Of a stretch of DNA of 47,585 nucleotides, positions 38,601-46,076 are shown in pieces. The number at the start of each line of letters is the position of its first letter. Position 1 is the first letter of the stretch. This stretch comes from Actinomycetota bacterium (GTDB lineage: Bacteria; Actinomycetota; Acidimicrobiia; Acidimicrobiales; Poriferisodalaceae). The notes under the pieces were generated by a model, which saw nothing but the letters and a program-made list of their open reading frames with translations, was not told the origin of the DNA and ran no database searches. The stretch covers positions 75,894 to 123,478 of the forward strand of contig PBOM01000057.1 of the NCBI GenBank assembly GCA_002724355.1. Reading direction: 5' to 3'. The translations under genes and the position numbers were made by a program.

Positions 38601-39117
38601 CTCGGCCTTCGACTTGGAGTTCGCGTCTATAGCCCTGAAGTACCAGGGCATCGGCTAATTCGGAGAGGTCGGCTTCGGCTCCGCGTTCGAATTTGAGCGG
38701 TTGGATATCACGAGCTTCAGGATTAATCCGCTGTAGGAGGGCTCTGATTGGGCTCACGATGACTTTCGGAGCGCGTCCCTCTTGGATTTTGTTTATCAGT
38801 TCGAGACGCTTTCCCATGGTCGCCGTGGTGGGGCTGACTCTTTCGAAGGGCAATGTCTCCCATGCCGGGAAAGTCTCGACTTCATCTTCGGTCAGCCAGA
38901 TTCGAAGATCGTTGGCCAGCATCTCGGCTTCATTAATGGTGGAGGTCACAGCCACGATCGGGCTGCGCTCACTTAAGTTTGTTACACCCGCCAGGAAGAA
39001 AGCTCGGGCTGCCTGCGCTACTGCTACTTGCGCATTGCTTTTGCCTAACAGATGTTGGAGAACTTGGTCAGTGGCAAGTCGTCGAGGCAACTCCGATAAG
39101 GCACCCTCCGGGTTCAC
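35677..39117 (-). CDS. mfd: transcription-repair coupling factor
   Basis: 1146 aa with Walker A GDVGFGKTEVAMRAAF, the DEEQRFG box, a superfamily-2 helicase C-terminal domain and a TRG motif region. Confidence 0.96.
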   Translation of the reverse strand: MNPEGALSELPRRLATDQVLQHLLGKSNAQVAVAQAARAFFLAGVTNLSERSPIVAVTSTINEAEMLANDLRIWLTEDEVETFPAWETLPFERVSPTTATMGKRLELINKIQEGRAPKVIVSPIRALLQRINPEARDIQPLKFERGAEADLSELADALVLQGYRRELQVEGRGEFSIRGGILDVFPPTSASPIRLDLWGDRIDRLSEFSISDQRSTAEIQSITITPARELTPTTRVRQCAQELMTTEPWGKEQWDRLASGEFYDGMESWLPWLVDEEVILADLLAPRSLILLFDPKRLKDRASEIVAEEQDLAQSLATTWKALEPGGEPRTFPGLHVPFERALKSCASDVWTITHTASNPDEPSFESQPWETAAGGPDRLLDQIRDLSQRPDHRLLVAADGHGSAQRMADALRAENIDLTLNQSERYEDSPGGQIVAAPLEHGFIAPTLSLAVLTERDLTGRRRTHRVSRPKKNVQRHFEDLQAGDYVVHHHHGVARYVGMEHRTLMGSERDYLVLDFKGTDKLYLPSDQIEFIRPYIGGETPSLSRMGGTEFAKQKQRVRSAVSEIAQELVVLYQSRLQTAGHSFPADTQWMKELSESFLFEETPDQLTAIEEVLSDMESPHPMDRLICGDVGFGKTEVAMRAAFSAIAEGKQVAVLVPTTLLAQQHHQTFEERFAGHPVRVAALSRFLTPSQQRQVIAETIAGEVDVLIGTHRLLSEDVTFKNLGLLIVDEEQRFGVTHKESIKKFKTDIDVLTLSATPIPRTLEMSLTGIRDLSLLHTPPAERQPILTHVGEYDERATAEAIRRELLREGQVFFVHNKVEDITEVAARLQEMVPEARIGVAHGQMDEGSLEQVVIDFWERSYDVLVCTTIIESGIDMPSVNTLVVDRADLMGLGQLHQLRGRVGRSEQRAYAYLFYPPTRALTEKAFERLRTIGEATQLGSGFRIAMRDLEIRGAGNLLGGAQSGHIAAVGYDLYCEMVTEAVAELKGDPINRTPEVNIDLPIKAFLPNSYVEAEEQRLEAYRKLAAVSELVEVADIEAEWIDRYGPVPEVAQTLLHVGLLRAECVSLGVEDISVTNRNRVRVSPIELTQSEQIRYQRLLNDETFNGGTYKEEVAELTIHVREVGPKLPGEVFNFLRELRPTK

Positions 39118-39734
39118 GGTTGGCGACCATTTACTTCATTCATTGCTTGTTCCACGCCGCTAGCCATGACTGTCTTCACAGCCTCAACTCCAACATGTAC
39201 AGCGGAGTCGAGTAAGGCACGATCCGTAGGCGATGGTCTCCTCAGAACCCAGTCTCTACCGTTTTGAGGGTCGGGAGGCTTACCTACGCCCATGCGGATC
39301 CGAACAAAGTCATCTGTACCTATGTGTTGTCGGATCGACTTCAGTCCGTTGTGTCCGGCGGTTGAGCCGCCCTGTTTTATCTTGATCCGACCGGGTTCTA
39401 GGTCTAACTCGTCGTGGACTACCAGCACGCGAGATGATTGTTCAATCCCGTTGCGTCGAACTAACAACGAAACCGCTTCTCCGCTGAGGTTCATGAAGGT
39501 CGTGGGACAGGCAAGAACAATTCGGTTTTCATCTTGGGTAATCAAGGCGATTCGAGCTAAGTCACGTTTCGACGCGTCAAGCGACGACATAGAGCCTTGG
39601 GCTATCGCTTCTATGACTTCGTAGCCAAGATTGTGTCGCGTTCCCAGGTATTTGTCTCCTGGGTTACCTAGCCCGACTACGAGGTAATCAGCCGGGGTGC
39701 CGCGCCGTCGGGCGGCCCGGCGAAATACTGACAC
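39114..39734 (-). CDS. pth: peptidyl-tRNA hydrolase
   Basis: LVVGLGNPGDKYLGTRHNLG N-terminal signature. GTGA overlap with mfd. Confidence 0.93.
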   Translation of the reverse strand: MSVFRRAARRRGTPADYLVVGLGNPGDKYLGTRHNLGYEVIEAIAQGSMSSLDASKRDLARIALITQDENRIVLACPTTFMNLSGEAVSLLVRRNGIEQSSRVLVVHDELDLEPGRIKIKQGGSTAGHNGLKSIRQHIGTDDFVRIRMGVGKPPDPQNGRDWVLRRPSPTDRALLDSAVHVGVEAVKTVMASGVEQAMNEVNGRQP

Positions 39735-39745
39735 TGGCCGTCAAC

Positions 39746-40432
39746 TTAACTGTTGTCGCCAGCATCTTCGCCGGCGTCAGCGTCATCTGCTGCGTCTTCT
39801 CCAGCCTCTGCACCTTCACCGAGCTCATCTGATTCTTCACCCTCGACGTCAGCTTCTTCTTCCGCGGCGATGGAAGCTCTACTGCGCTGCCCGATCGCTA
39901 TGAGGGCGTCCTCTTCCGCTTGAGGAACTACTCCGCTACCAAATGCAATATCGGATACGCGGACCGGGTTGTCGATCGACATTTCGGAGATATCAACTTC
40001 AAACTGTTGAGGGATATTGCCAGCGGGCGCTTCGACGGTCAGGGTCATCATTTGCTGTTGAACGACAGCTCCCTCTTGGCGAACCACTGCGGCATCGCCC
40101 ACCAATGAAATCGGCACATCGACTGTCAAGCGTTGGTCTATGTCGATCAACATGAAATCAACATGGGTAACCCGATTGGCTATGGGATCGCGTTGCATAT
40201 TCTTGACAATGGTTAGGTAGTCAGTTCCATCAACGTCGAGAGTGATCACTGCGTTAGGGCCAGCAGCGTTAAGTGTCGCCCTGAACTTAAGGCGATCTAA
40301 AGTGACCGAAAGCGGTTCGGAGCCCTGTCCGTACAGGATTGCAGGAATTTTGTCGCTGCGACGCAGACGTCGCGCTGACCGGCTGCCGTGATCACGTCCT
40401 GTTTCGGCCTCAAGCTTCAGTTCTGACGACAT
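39746..40432 (-). CDS. rplY: 50S ribosomal protein bL25, long Ctc form with acidic tail
   Basis: RRLRRSDKIPAILYG N-terminus, two-domain Ctc length and a D/E/A/G-rich C-terminal tail. AGGAG lies 10 nt upstream of the ATG. Confidence 0.9.
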   Translation of the reverse strand: MSSELKLEAETGRDHGSRSARRLRRSDKIPAILYGQGSEPLSVTLDRLKFRATLNAAGPNAVITLDVDGTDYLTIVKNMQRDPIANRVTHVDFMLIDIDQRLTVDVPISLVGDAAVVRQEGAVVQQQMMTLTVEAPAGNIPQQFEVDISEMSIDNPVRVSDIAFGSGVVPQAEEDALIAIGQRSRASIAAEEEADVEGEESDELGEGAEAGEDAADDADAGEDAGDNS

Positions 40433-40550
40433 CGCCGGTAACTCCTACAAGGTAAGTACTGTTTGGCCGATCCTTAGGGAAGGGCTTAACGGGGTGACCA
40501 TTGTAGGGTGCAGGCCTTGTCATCACTCACCCGAACTAGGACCTAATTCA

Positions 40551-41534
40551 CTACGAGTGGTTTTCTCCGTCGAAGATTTCAGATACCGAGGTATCTTCAA
40601 AAACAGATTCAAGGGCGTCTGCAAGGATCCCTGCGGCGCTCAGCACTTCTAGTTTGTCGAACCGTTTCGAGTCAGGTAACGGCACTGTGTCGGTGACGAT
40701 CACTCTGCTTAGGGCTGAGTTCTTGAGCCGATCAATTGCGGGTCCCGAGAAAACGGCGTGAGTTGTGGCACACAGAACGTCTGACGCTCCACCGGCCACC
40801 AAAGTGTCTACGGCCGAACAGATTGTTCCAGCGGTATCGACCATGTCGTCGATAATGACGCAGGTTCGACCGTCTACGTCGCCCATAACTCCTAGGGCTT
40901 CAACTTCATTGGCGGATTGCAAGGATCGACGTTTGTAGATGGTCGCTACTTCGCAGTCGAGTCGCTTCGCGTAGCGCTCCGCCACCTTTACTCGGCCAGT
41001 GTCCGGGGAAACAATTACCGAACCTTGCGGGATGAATGAACGCAGATGGTCGATAAGGACCGGTGCCGCTGTCAGGTGGTCGACAGGGCCTTCGAAGAAG
41101 CCTTGGATTTGGCCGCTATGTAAATCGATACTTACCAAACGGTCCGCCCCTGCCTGTCGCAGAAGATCTGAAACTAGTCGCGCTGTTATAGGTTCACGAC
41201 CCTGCGCTTTTCGATCTTGTCGGGCATAGCCATAAAAGGGAGCTACGGCTGTGATGCGTTTGGCGGACGCGCGTCGAGCGGCGTCGACCATGATCAGATG
41301 TTCCATGATCGCGTCGTTGACGCTCATACCTTCGGTCGCAGCGTGAGATTGGATAATGAACACATCCCCACCACGAACGGATTCTTCGAATCGACATTTA
41401 ATCTCACCGTTTGCAAAGTCAATGAGCCCTGGGTCACCCAGTTCGATGCCGAGGTGTTGAGAAATTTCATGTGCAAGGGCAGGGTTCGCTCTGCCTGTGA
41501 ACAGATGCAATCGCTTTTTGGTTACGAGTTCCAT
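40551..41534 (-). CDS. prs: ribose-phosphate pyrophosphokinase
   Basis: DLHSGQIQGFF and the PRPP-binding loop VIIDDMVDTAGT. Confidence 0.95.
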   Translation of the reverse strand: MELVTKKRLHLFTGRANPALAHEISQHLGIELGDPGLIDFANGEIKCRFEESVRGGDVFIIQSHAATEGMSVNDAIMEHLIMVDAARRASAKRITAVAPFYGYARQDRKAQGREPITARLVSDLLRQAGADRLVSIDLHSGQIQGFFEGPVDHLTAAPVLIDHLRSFIPQGSVIVSPDTGRVKVAERYAKRLDCEVATIYKRRSLQSANEVEALGVMGDVDGRTCVIIDDMVDTAGTICSAVDTLVAGGASDVLCATTHAVFSGPAIDRLKNSALSRVIVTDTVPLPDSKRFDKLEVLSAAGILADALESVFEDTSVSEIFDGENHS

Positions 41535-41603
41535 CGCTTCGCCTGATGTAGAAGAGTTGTAGAGCGGTCACGTGACAGTACCCGACGCGACATCTCCTGT
41601 GGG

Positions 41604-42371
41604 CTATTTGGCATCAGATCGGTCCATTAGCAATGACTCACATTCGGCTAGTTGTTTCGAGTCGTTTACTCCGCGCACTTCGTCCGGGTCGTCGACGGTG
41701 ACCGCTCGGACGGTATTACCCTTCGTGTTGAGGAGCTCGATGACGTCGGTTAGGTAGTACTCATTTTGCGAGTTCTCGCTGCGTACGTCTTGGAGGGCTG
41801 TTAACAACATCTTCGATCGGAAGCAATAAACCGAAGTGTTGACTTCAGAAATATTGAGTTCTTCTCGCGAGGCATCGGCATGTTCGACAACTCGATCGAC
41901 TTGGCCAGATTGATTGCGGACGATTCGGCCGTAGCCCGCAGCGTCTCTGAATTCTGCCGTGAGCAGTGTTGCAGCGGCTCCAGAATTGAAGTGGTGCTCT
42001 TGTAAATGGGCCAGCGTGGCTGTCGTCAGAAGCGGCATATCTGCGGGCAGCACCATCATGTTGCCGTCGTCTGTTTCGAACTCCTCTTGATCGAATGCGT
42101 CCAGGGCAATTCGGACAGCTTCTGCGGTGCCGTTTTGTATCTCTTGTTCAACAAATTCTAGTGATTCGCCAGCATTGGTCGCTTGGGTCAGAGTGTCGCG
42201 GACCAACGAACCCTGATGTCCCACCACCACGATCGTGCGTTCAACCCCCAGTCCAGCAATCGCATCGACGACATAGCTAACCATTGGTCGCTCATTAACG
42301 GGCTGCAGTGGTTTCGGCAGCGTTGAGCGCATTCGCGATCCCTTGCCCGCTGCTAGGACGATCGCATTCAT
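41604..42371 (-). CDS. GlmU-like sugar-1-phosphate nucleotidyltransferase lacking the C-terminal LbH acetyltransferase domain
   Basis: LAAGKGSRMRSTLPKPL signature, GTAEAV and YYLTDVI. The protein ends right after the linker helix (GVNDSKQLAECESLLMDR). It occupies the glmU position (tRNA-Gln / glmU / prs) but is only 255 aa from ATG 42371, or 273 aa from TTG 42425. Confidence 0.75.
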   Translation of the reverse strand: MNAIVLAAGKGSRMRSTLPKPLQPVNERPMVSYVVDAIAGLGVERTIVVVGHQGSLVRDTLTQATNAGESLEFVEQEIQNGTAEAVRIALDAFDQEEFETDDGNMMVLPADMPLLTTATLAHLQEHHFNSGAAATLLTAEFRDAAGYGRIVRNQSGQVDRVVEHADASREELNISEVNTSVYCFRSKMLLTALQDVRSENSQNEYYLTDVIELLNTKGNTVRAVTVDDPDEVRGVNDSKQLAECESLLMDRSDAK

Positions 42372-42461
42372 ACGACGACCATGAGGATCTCGGTTCACGT
42401 CGATAGGTTCCGTTCTTTGCGGCAAAGTCCGCCTAACGAAAATCTAGTCGTAGCTGGTCTG

Positions 42462-42533
42462 TTCGGGGAGGAGGGCTCGAACCTCCATTGTCGGGACCAA
42501 AACCCGATGTCCTGCCAGTTGAACGATCCCCGA
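42462..42533 (-). tRNA. tRNA-Gln (anticodon UUG)
   Basis: Reverse complement is UCGGGGA-UC-GUUC-AACUGGCA-GGAC-A-UCGGG-UUUUGGU-CCCGA-CAAU-GGAGG-UUCGAGC-CCUCC-UCCCCGA-A. All four stems pair; 72 nt. Confidence 0.9.
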
Positions 42534-42670
42534 CCATCGGAGCACCTAAGTGCTCGGTCGATACTTCTAGCCTAACGACGCGCGCTAGGGGAAATCGGCC
42601 CCTTCCGAGAACATTGTCCTCAATTGCTACGTTGGCTCTGGCCGATGGTTCGGCTACCCTGCAGTTTCTC

Positions 42671-42766
42671 ATGGGATCACTTGTCAAAAAGCGTCGTAAG
42701 CGCATGCGCAAAAAGAAGCACAAGAAGATGCTTCGACGGACGCGTTATCAACGCCGCAACAAGTAA
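42671..42766 (+). CDS. small ribosomal subunit protein bS22 (31 aa)
   Basis: MGSLVKKRRKRMRKKKHKKMLRRTRYQRRNK closely matches the actinobacterial bS22 consensus (MGSVIKKRRKRM.KKKH.KLL..TR.QRR). It is the last 31 codons of a spurious 92-aa track ORF that overlaps tRNA-Gln. Confidence 0.8.
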   Translation: MGSLVKKRRKRMRKKKHKKMLRRTRYQRRNK

Positions 42767-42807
42767 CCCTCGGGTTCACTCATATAGTCCTCGGATCCTG
42801 TTAATGC

Positions 42808-43545
42808 CTAATGGTGTTGGGCAGGAACTGTGACGACGTTTACCGACGTGGTTCCGCGGTAGGTGAATGGGTCGTGAGTACCTTCAACGAACCAAGTTCC
42901 TCCGCTACCAGCGAGTCGAGCCGTTTGTCCAGTTGCGTCACTAAGAGCATCACGCCACTCGGCTAGTTGCGGCTCAACGGTTAGGGCTGCCGCTTCGAGG
43001 TCGTTGCCATTTTCGCCGGCAGGACCATCTAATTCATCCCATGCACGGTAGACGTCAGGTGTAGACAATCCGATCGGGGGTGTTAGGAGGGTCATCTCTT
43101 GGCGGCGATATGGGAGGTGCTCAAGTGTTTCTCCAATTCCAGTTACGCGCGCTCGACCGCCGTTAAGACAAAAAGCTACGTCAGCTCCTAGTTTCGAAGC
43201 AGCTATCGGATCTTTGAATTCAGCCCAACGAAGAATCCCAGCTGCGTTAGTTGATCCCCCACCTAACCCTGCCCCAGCAGGGATTTTTTTGATGAGTGTC
43301 ACATCGGCGGTTCTATTGACAAACTTCAGTGCCTGGTTGATGAGGTTGCTGGCGCCGACTGGCACTTCGAAGCCTGAATTGGGTGATCGAACAGTGAGTC
43401 CAGAGCCTTCAGTGATTAAGAGTTCATCGCAAAGATCTACCGATACCATTTCGGCGTCAATCAGGTGGTACCCATCTTGACGTCGTCCCTTCACCTTCAG
43501 CGAGAGAGTCAACTTGGCAGGACAAAGAACTTGGACGGCATTCAT
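42808..43545 (-). CDS. ispE: 4-diphosphocytidyl-2-C-methyl-D-erythritol kinase
   Basis: PAKLTLSLKV N-terminus and GHMP-kinase loop KKIPAGAGLGGGSTNAA. ATG 43545 forms an ATGA overlap with the rsmA stop. Confidence 0.9.
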   Translation of the reverse strand: MNAVQVLCPAKLTLSLKVKGRRQDGYHLIDAEMVSVDLCDELLITEGSGLTVRSPNSGFEVPVGASNLINQALKFVNRTADVTLIKKIPAGAGLGGGSTNAAGILRWAEFKDPIAASKLGADVAFCLNGGRARVTGIGETLEHLPYRRQEMTLLTPPIGLSTPDVYRAWDELDGPAGENGNDLEAAALTVEPQLAEWRDALSDATGQTARLAGSGGTWFVEGTHDPFTYRGTTSVNVVTVPAQHH

Positions 43546-44360
43546 GGCTTGATCAACGAAGATAGTTGAGCGAGTGTGACCCATTGGTTTAAGTCAAGTT
43601 CTTCAGGTCGTGAGGTCGGCGCAATGTTTGCTGTCTCCAAGGTCGTTTGTTCGACACGGCCTTTGAGGCTTCTGCGAAGCATCTTTCGCCTGTGGGTAAA
43701 GGCGATGCGTAGAAGTTCGATCAGCTCATTTTCGATTTTTGCGTCGACGGTCTTTGGTGCACGCTCTATCGCTACAAGCACAGAGTTAACCCTGGGTCTC
43801 GGGAAAAAAACTGAGGGTGGAACGTGGCCAACAATCGTTGCGCTACCTCGTAAGGCGACGCGGACTGAGACTGCGCCGTATGCCGGGTCTCCTACAGAAG
43901 CCGCTATCCGCTCCCCGGCTTCTTGTTGAACCATGACTAACAAACGGTTGATGTTGGGTACTTCATCTAAAACTGTCAGGACCAATGATGTGGCTATGTT
44001 GTAGGGAAGGTTCGCGACAAGGTTCCAACCTGGTGTCGACACAACGTCGCTCCAAGCAAGGTCGCGGGCGTCAGCTTGAATGATCGTTGCGTTCGCTCCT
44101 ACCGTGTTCTCAAGGAGCGGAATCAATGCTCTATCCGTCTCTATTGCTGTGACCTGGGCCCCTGTTTCTGCCAGAGCAAGCGTTAGGGACCCTAACCCGG
44201 CCCCTATCTCCAGAACACGACTCCCCTCCCCCACTTCTGCTAGGCGAGCGATCTTGCGGACGGTGTTCGGATCAATCACAAAATTTTGTCCGAGGCTTTT
44301 CTTCGGAGCTATTCCAGCGCTTTCGAGCAGGCGTTGGATTTCGTTAATTGACAGGGTCAT
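43542..44360 (-). CDS. rsmA: 16S rRNA (adenine1518/1519-N6)-dimethyltransferase
   Basis: SAM loop VLEIGAGLGSLT and NLPYNI. ATG 44360 forms an ATGA overlap with the rpf stop; the alternative start is 44375. Confidence 0.92.
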   Translation of the reverse strand: MTLSINEIQRLLESAGIAPKKSLGQNFVIDPNTVRKIARLAEVGEGSRVLEIGAGLGSLTLALAETGAQVTAIETDRALIPLLENTVGANATIIQADARDLAWSDVVSTPGWNLVANLPYNIATSLVLTVLDEVPNINRLLVMVQQEAGERIAASVGDPAYGAVSVRVALRGSATIVGHVPPSVFFPRPRVNSVLVAIERAPKTVDAKIENELIELLRIAFTHRRKMLRRSLKGRVEQTTLETANIAPTSRPEELDLNQWVTLAQLSSLIKP

Positions 44361-45253
44361 TGCGATATCTGCCATCTAGACCATCCGAAATATGCTTTGC
44401 ACCCGGGCCATCCATTCCAGCCTTGGGCCTGCCATAGCAAATTTGCTCGATAGATCTGCTCTGCTTTTGTTGCATCAGCGGGGCTTCCTTCTCCGCCCAT
44501 CCATTGCCAAGAACCCAATGCAAATTGGAGGCCTCCGTAGTATCCGTTGCCGGTGTCGACATCCCAGGTATTTCGTGATTCGCACCAGGCCATTCGTTCC
44601 CACATTTCTAGCGTGGGCCAAGTAGCGAGATAAGGCTGTCCGAAGATCATGAGACTTTTCTCTGGTTCCAGTGATTCTTCCAAAGGTTCATCACTTACCG
44701 GAGGCGAGTCGGTCGTGGCGGTTAAGGGCACTTGTTTGATTGTGGTGGTAGGCGCGATTGAAGTAGTTGTAGGCGTAACAACGACGGTCGAAGTTGAATT
44801 GCTGCTATCTGGCTGGGTGCTACTGGTCGAACTGCTGGCAATGGTCGCTGCTGGTTGTGCATAGGAGGTGGTCGTCGGAACTTTGGGTGGAGGCGCTGTG
44901 GTATCGGTGCTTACTTCGACCGTTGTGGTTGTGGCGTTAGCGGTTTGATTATCAGCAAGCGTCTGAGTTGGTTCGATGGTTGCAGCCGAAGCATCGGAGA
45001 CATTGAGAAGAGTTCTGGTGCTGGAAAACAAGTTGTTCACTAACGAGACAGCGAGGGATCCGACTCGGAAACCTGAAACGGATAGATCTGGTACTTCAAG
45101 GTCTGAAATTGTTCTATTGGCTGGCGGCGGGGCGGCGTTATTGACGGCTTGCCTAGTGTCGCTAACAGCCATTGCCGCGACCACGACGACGGCGATCGCT
45201 AACAACGCCAAGATGGCATTTCCTTGCCAACTCTTTTGCTTCAAAGAGTGCAC
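44357..45253 (-). CDS. rpf: resuscitation-promoting factor (Rpf) with N-terminal membrane anchor and Thr/Ser/Pro-rich linker
   Basis: C-terminal Rpf transglycosylase-like domain WERMAWCESRNTWDVDTGNGYYGGLQFALGSW. N-terminal TM segment ILALLAIAVVVVAAMAV and a linker of about 170 low-complexity residues. GTG start. Confidence 0.85.
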   Translation of the reverse strand: MHSLKQKSWQGNAILALLAIAVVVVAAMAVSDTRQAVNNAAPPPANRTISDLEVPDLSVSGFRVGSLAVSLVNNLFSSTRTLLNVSDASAATIEPTQTLADNQTANATTTTVEVSTDTTAPPPKVPTTTSYAQPAATIASSSTSSTQPDSSNSTSTVVVTPTTTSIAPTTTIKQVPLTATTDSPPVSDEPLEESLEPEKSLMIFGQPYLATWPTLEMWERMAWCESRNTWDVDTGNGYYGGLQFALGSWQWMGGEGSPADATKAEQIYRANLLWQAQGWNGWPGCKAYFGWSRWQISQ

Positions 45254-45317
45254 CCCGAACCACCATTTTCTCGTGCCGCTTGAGGGAGCCTACTGATGGA
45301 GGAGTGTTATCTGATTC

Positions 45318-46076
45318 TTAGGACAGACCGTAAAAGTTTTCGGCATTGTTCCATGTCTCTGTCGCTACGACTGCAAGTTGTACCCCTCGGGCCTCTGCGA
45401 CACCTTGCCCAACCAGCGTCACCCAGCCTGGTCGATTTTGTTTTCCTCTGTTGGGAACCGGTGCGAGATAGGGGGCATCGGTTTCAACCATGTAGCGATT
45501 GGATGGAGTGAGGGCCGCGGCGGCGCGCAATTCCGGCGCACTCGGAAAGGTAACTATCCCGCTGAATGAGAGGTATGCCCCACGTTCTATTGCAGCGGTT
45601 GCTTCGTCGGGGCCTCCTGTGAAGCAGTGAAAAACAGTCTTCGGAGGTATTCCTTCTTTGTCCAACAAGTCAAAGGTGTCTGACCACGCGTCTCTTGTGT
45701 GGATCACCAGTGGCAATTTGAATTGATGAGCTAATTGGATTTGTTGAGCAAAGACAGCTCTTTGTATGTCACGAGGCGAATGGTCGTAGTAATAATCAAG
45801 TCCGCACTCACCTACTGCCACTGTTTTTGGGTGAGGTAGTAACTCCTCAAGACCCTCAATGCCGTCTTTTGCGTCATGAGGGTGGACCCCTGCTGTAGCC
45901 CACACTCCGTCAAGTTGCTCTGCTCGTGCGATGCACTCACCACTCCGTATCACTGAGGTGCCCACGTCGATGAGGCGGTGCACACCCATTTCCTTGGCAT
46001 CTTCGACTACATGTGACGCTTCGTTCAAGTCGTCAGGCAAGTGGCAGTGGTTATCGGTCCAATTCATCGTGATCAC
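45318..46076 (-). CDS. tatD: TatD-family metal-dependent hydrolase
   Basis: DNHCHL N-terminal metal motif, HTRDA, and FHCFTG. GTGA overlap with the metG stop; ATG 46067 is an alternative start. Confidence 0.9.
   Translation of the reverse strand: MITMNWTDNHCHLPDDLNEASHVVEDAKEMGVHRLIDVGTSVIRSGECIARAEQLDGVWATAGVHPHDAKDGIEGLEELLPHPKTVAVGECGLDYYYDHSPRDIQRAVFAQQIQLAHQFKLPLVIHTRDAWSDTFDLLDKEGIPPKTVFHCFTGGPDEATAAIERGAYLSFSGIVTFPSAPELRAAAALTPSNRYMVETDAPYLAPVPNRGKQNRPGWVTLVGQGVAEARGVQLAVVATETWNNAENFYGLS

Noticed and set aside
39746-39900. Repetitive DNA at the rplY 3' end and in rpf (44650..44960) as tandem repeats or CRISPR-like
   Set aside because: This is low-complexity coding sequence (an acidic tail and a T/S/P linker). 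It has no exact periodic repeat units or spacers.
42488-42670. N-terminal 61 codons of the 92-aa track ORF
   Set aside because: This part overlaps tRNA-Gln and the structured spacer. Only the last 31 codons (bS22) are a recognisable gene.
45254-45317. ydaO/c-di-AMP riboswitch upstream of rpf
   Set aside because: The spacer is only 64 nt, which is too short for the known element, and it has no recognisable conserved motifs.
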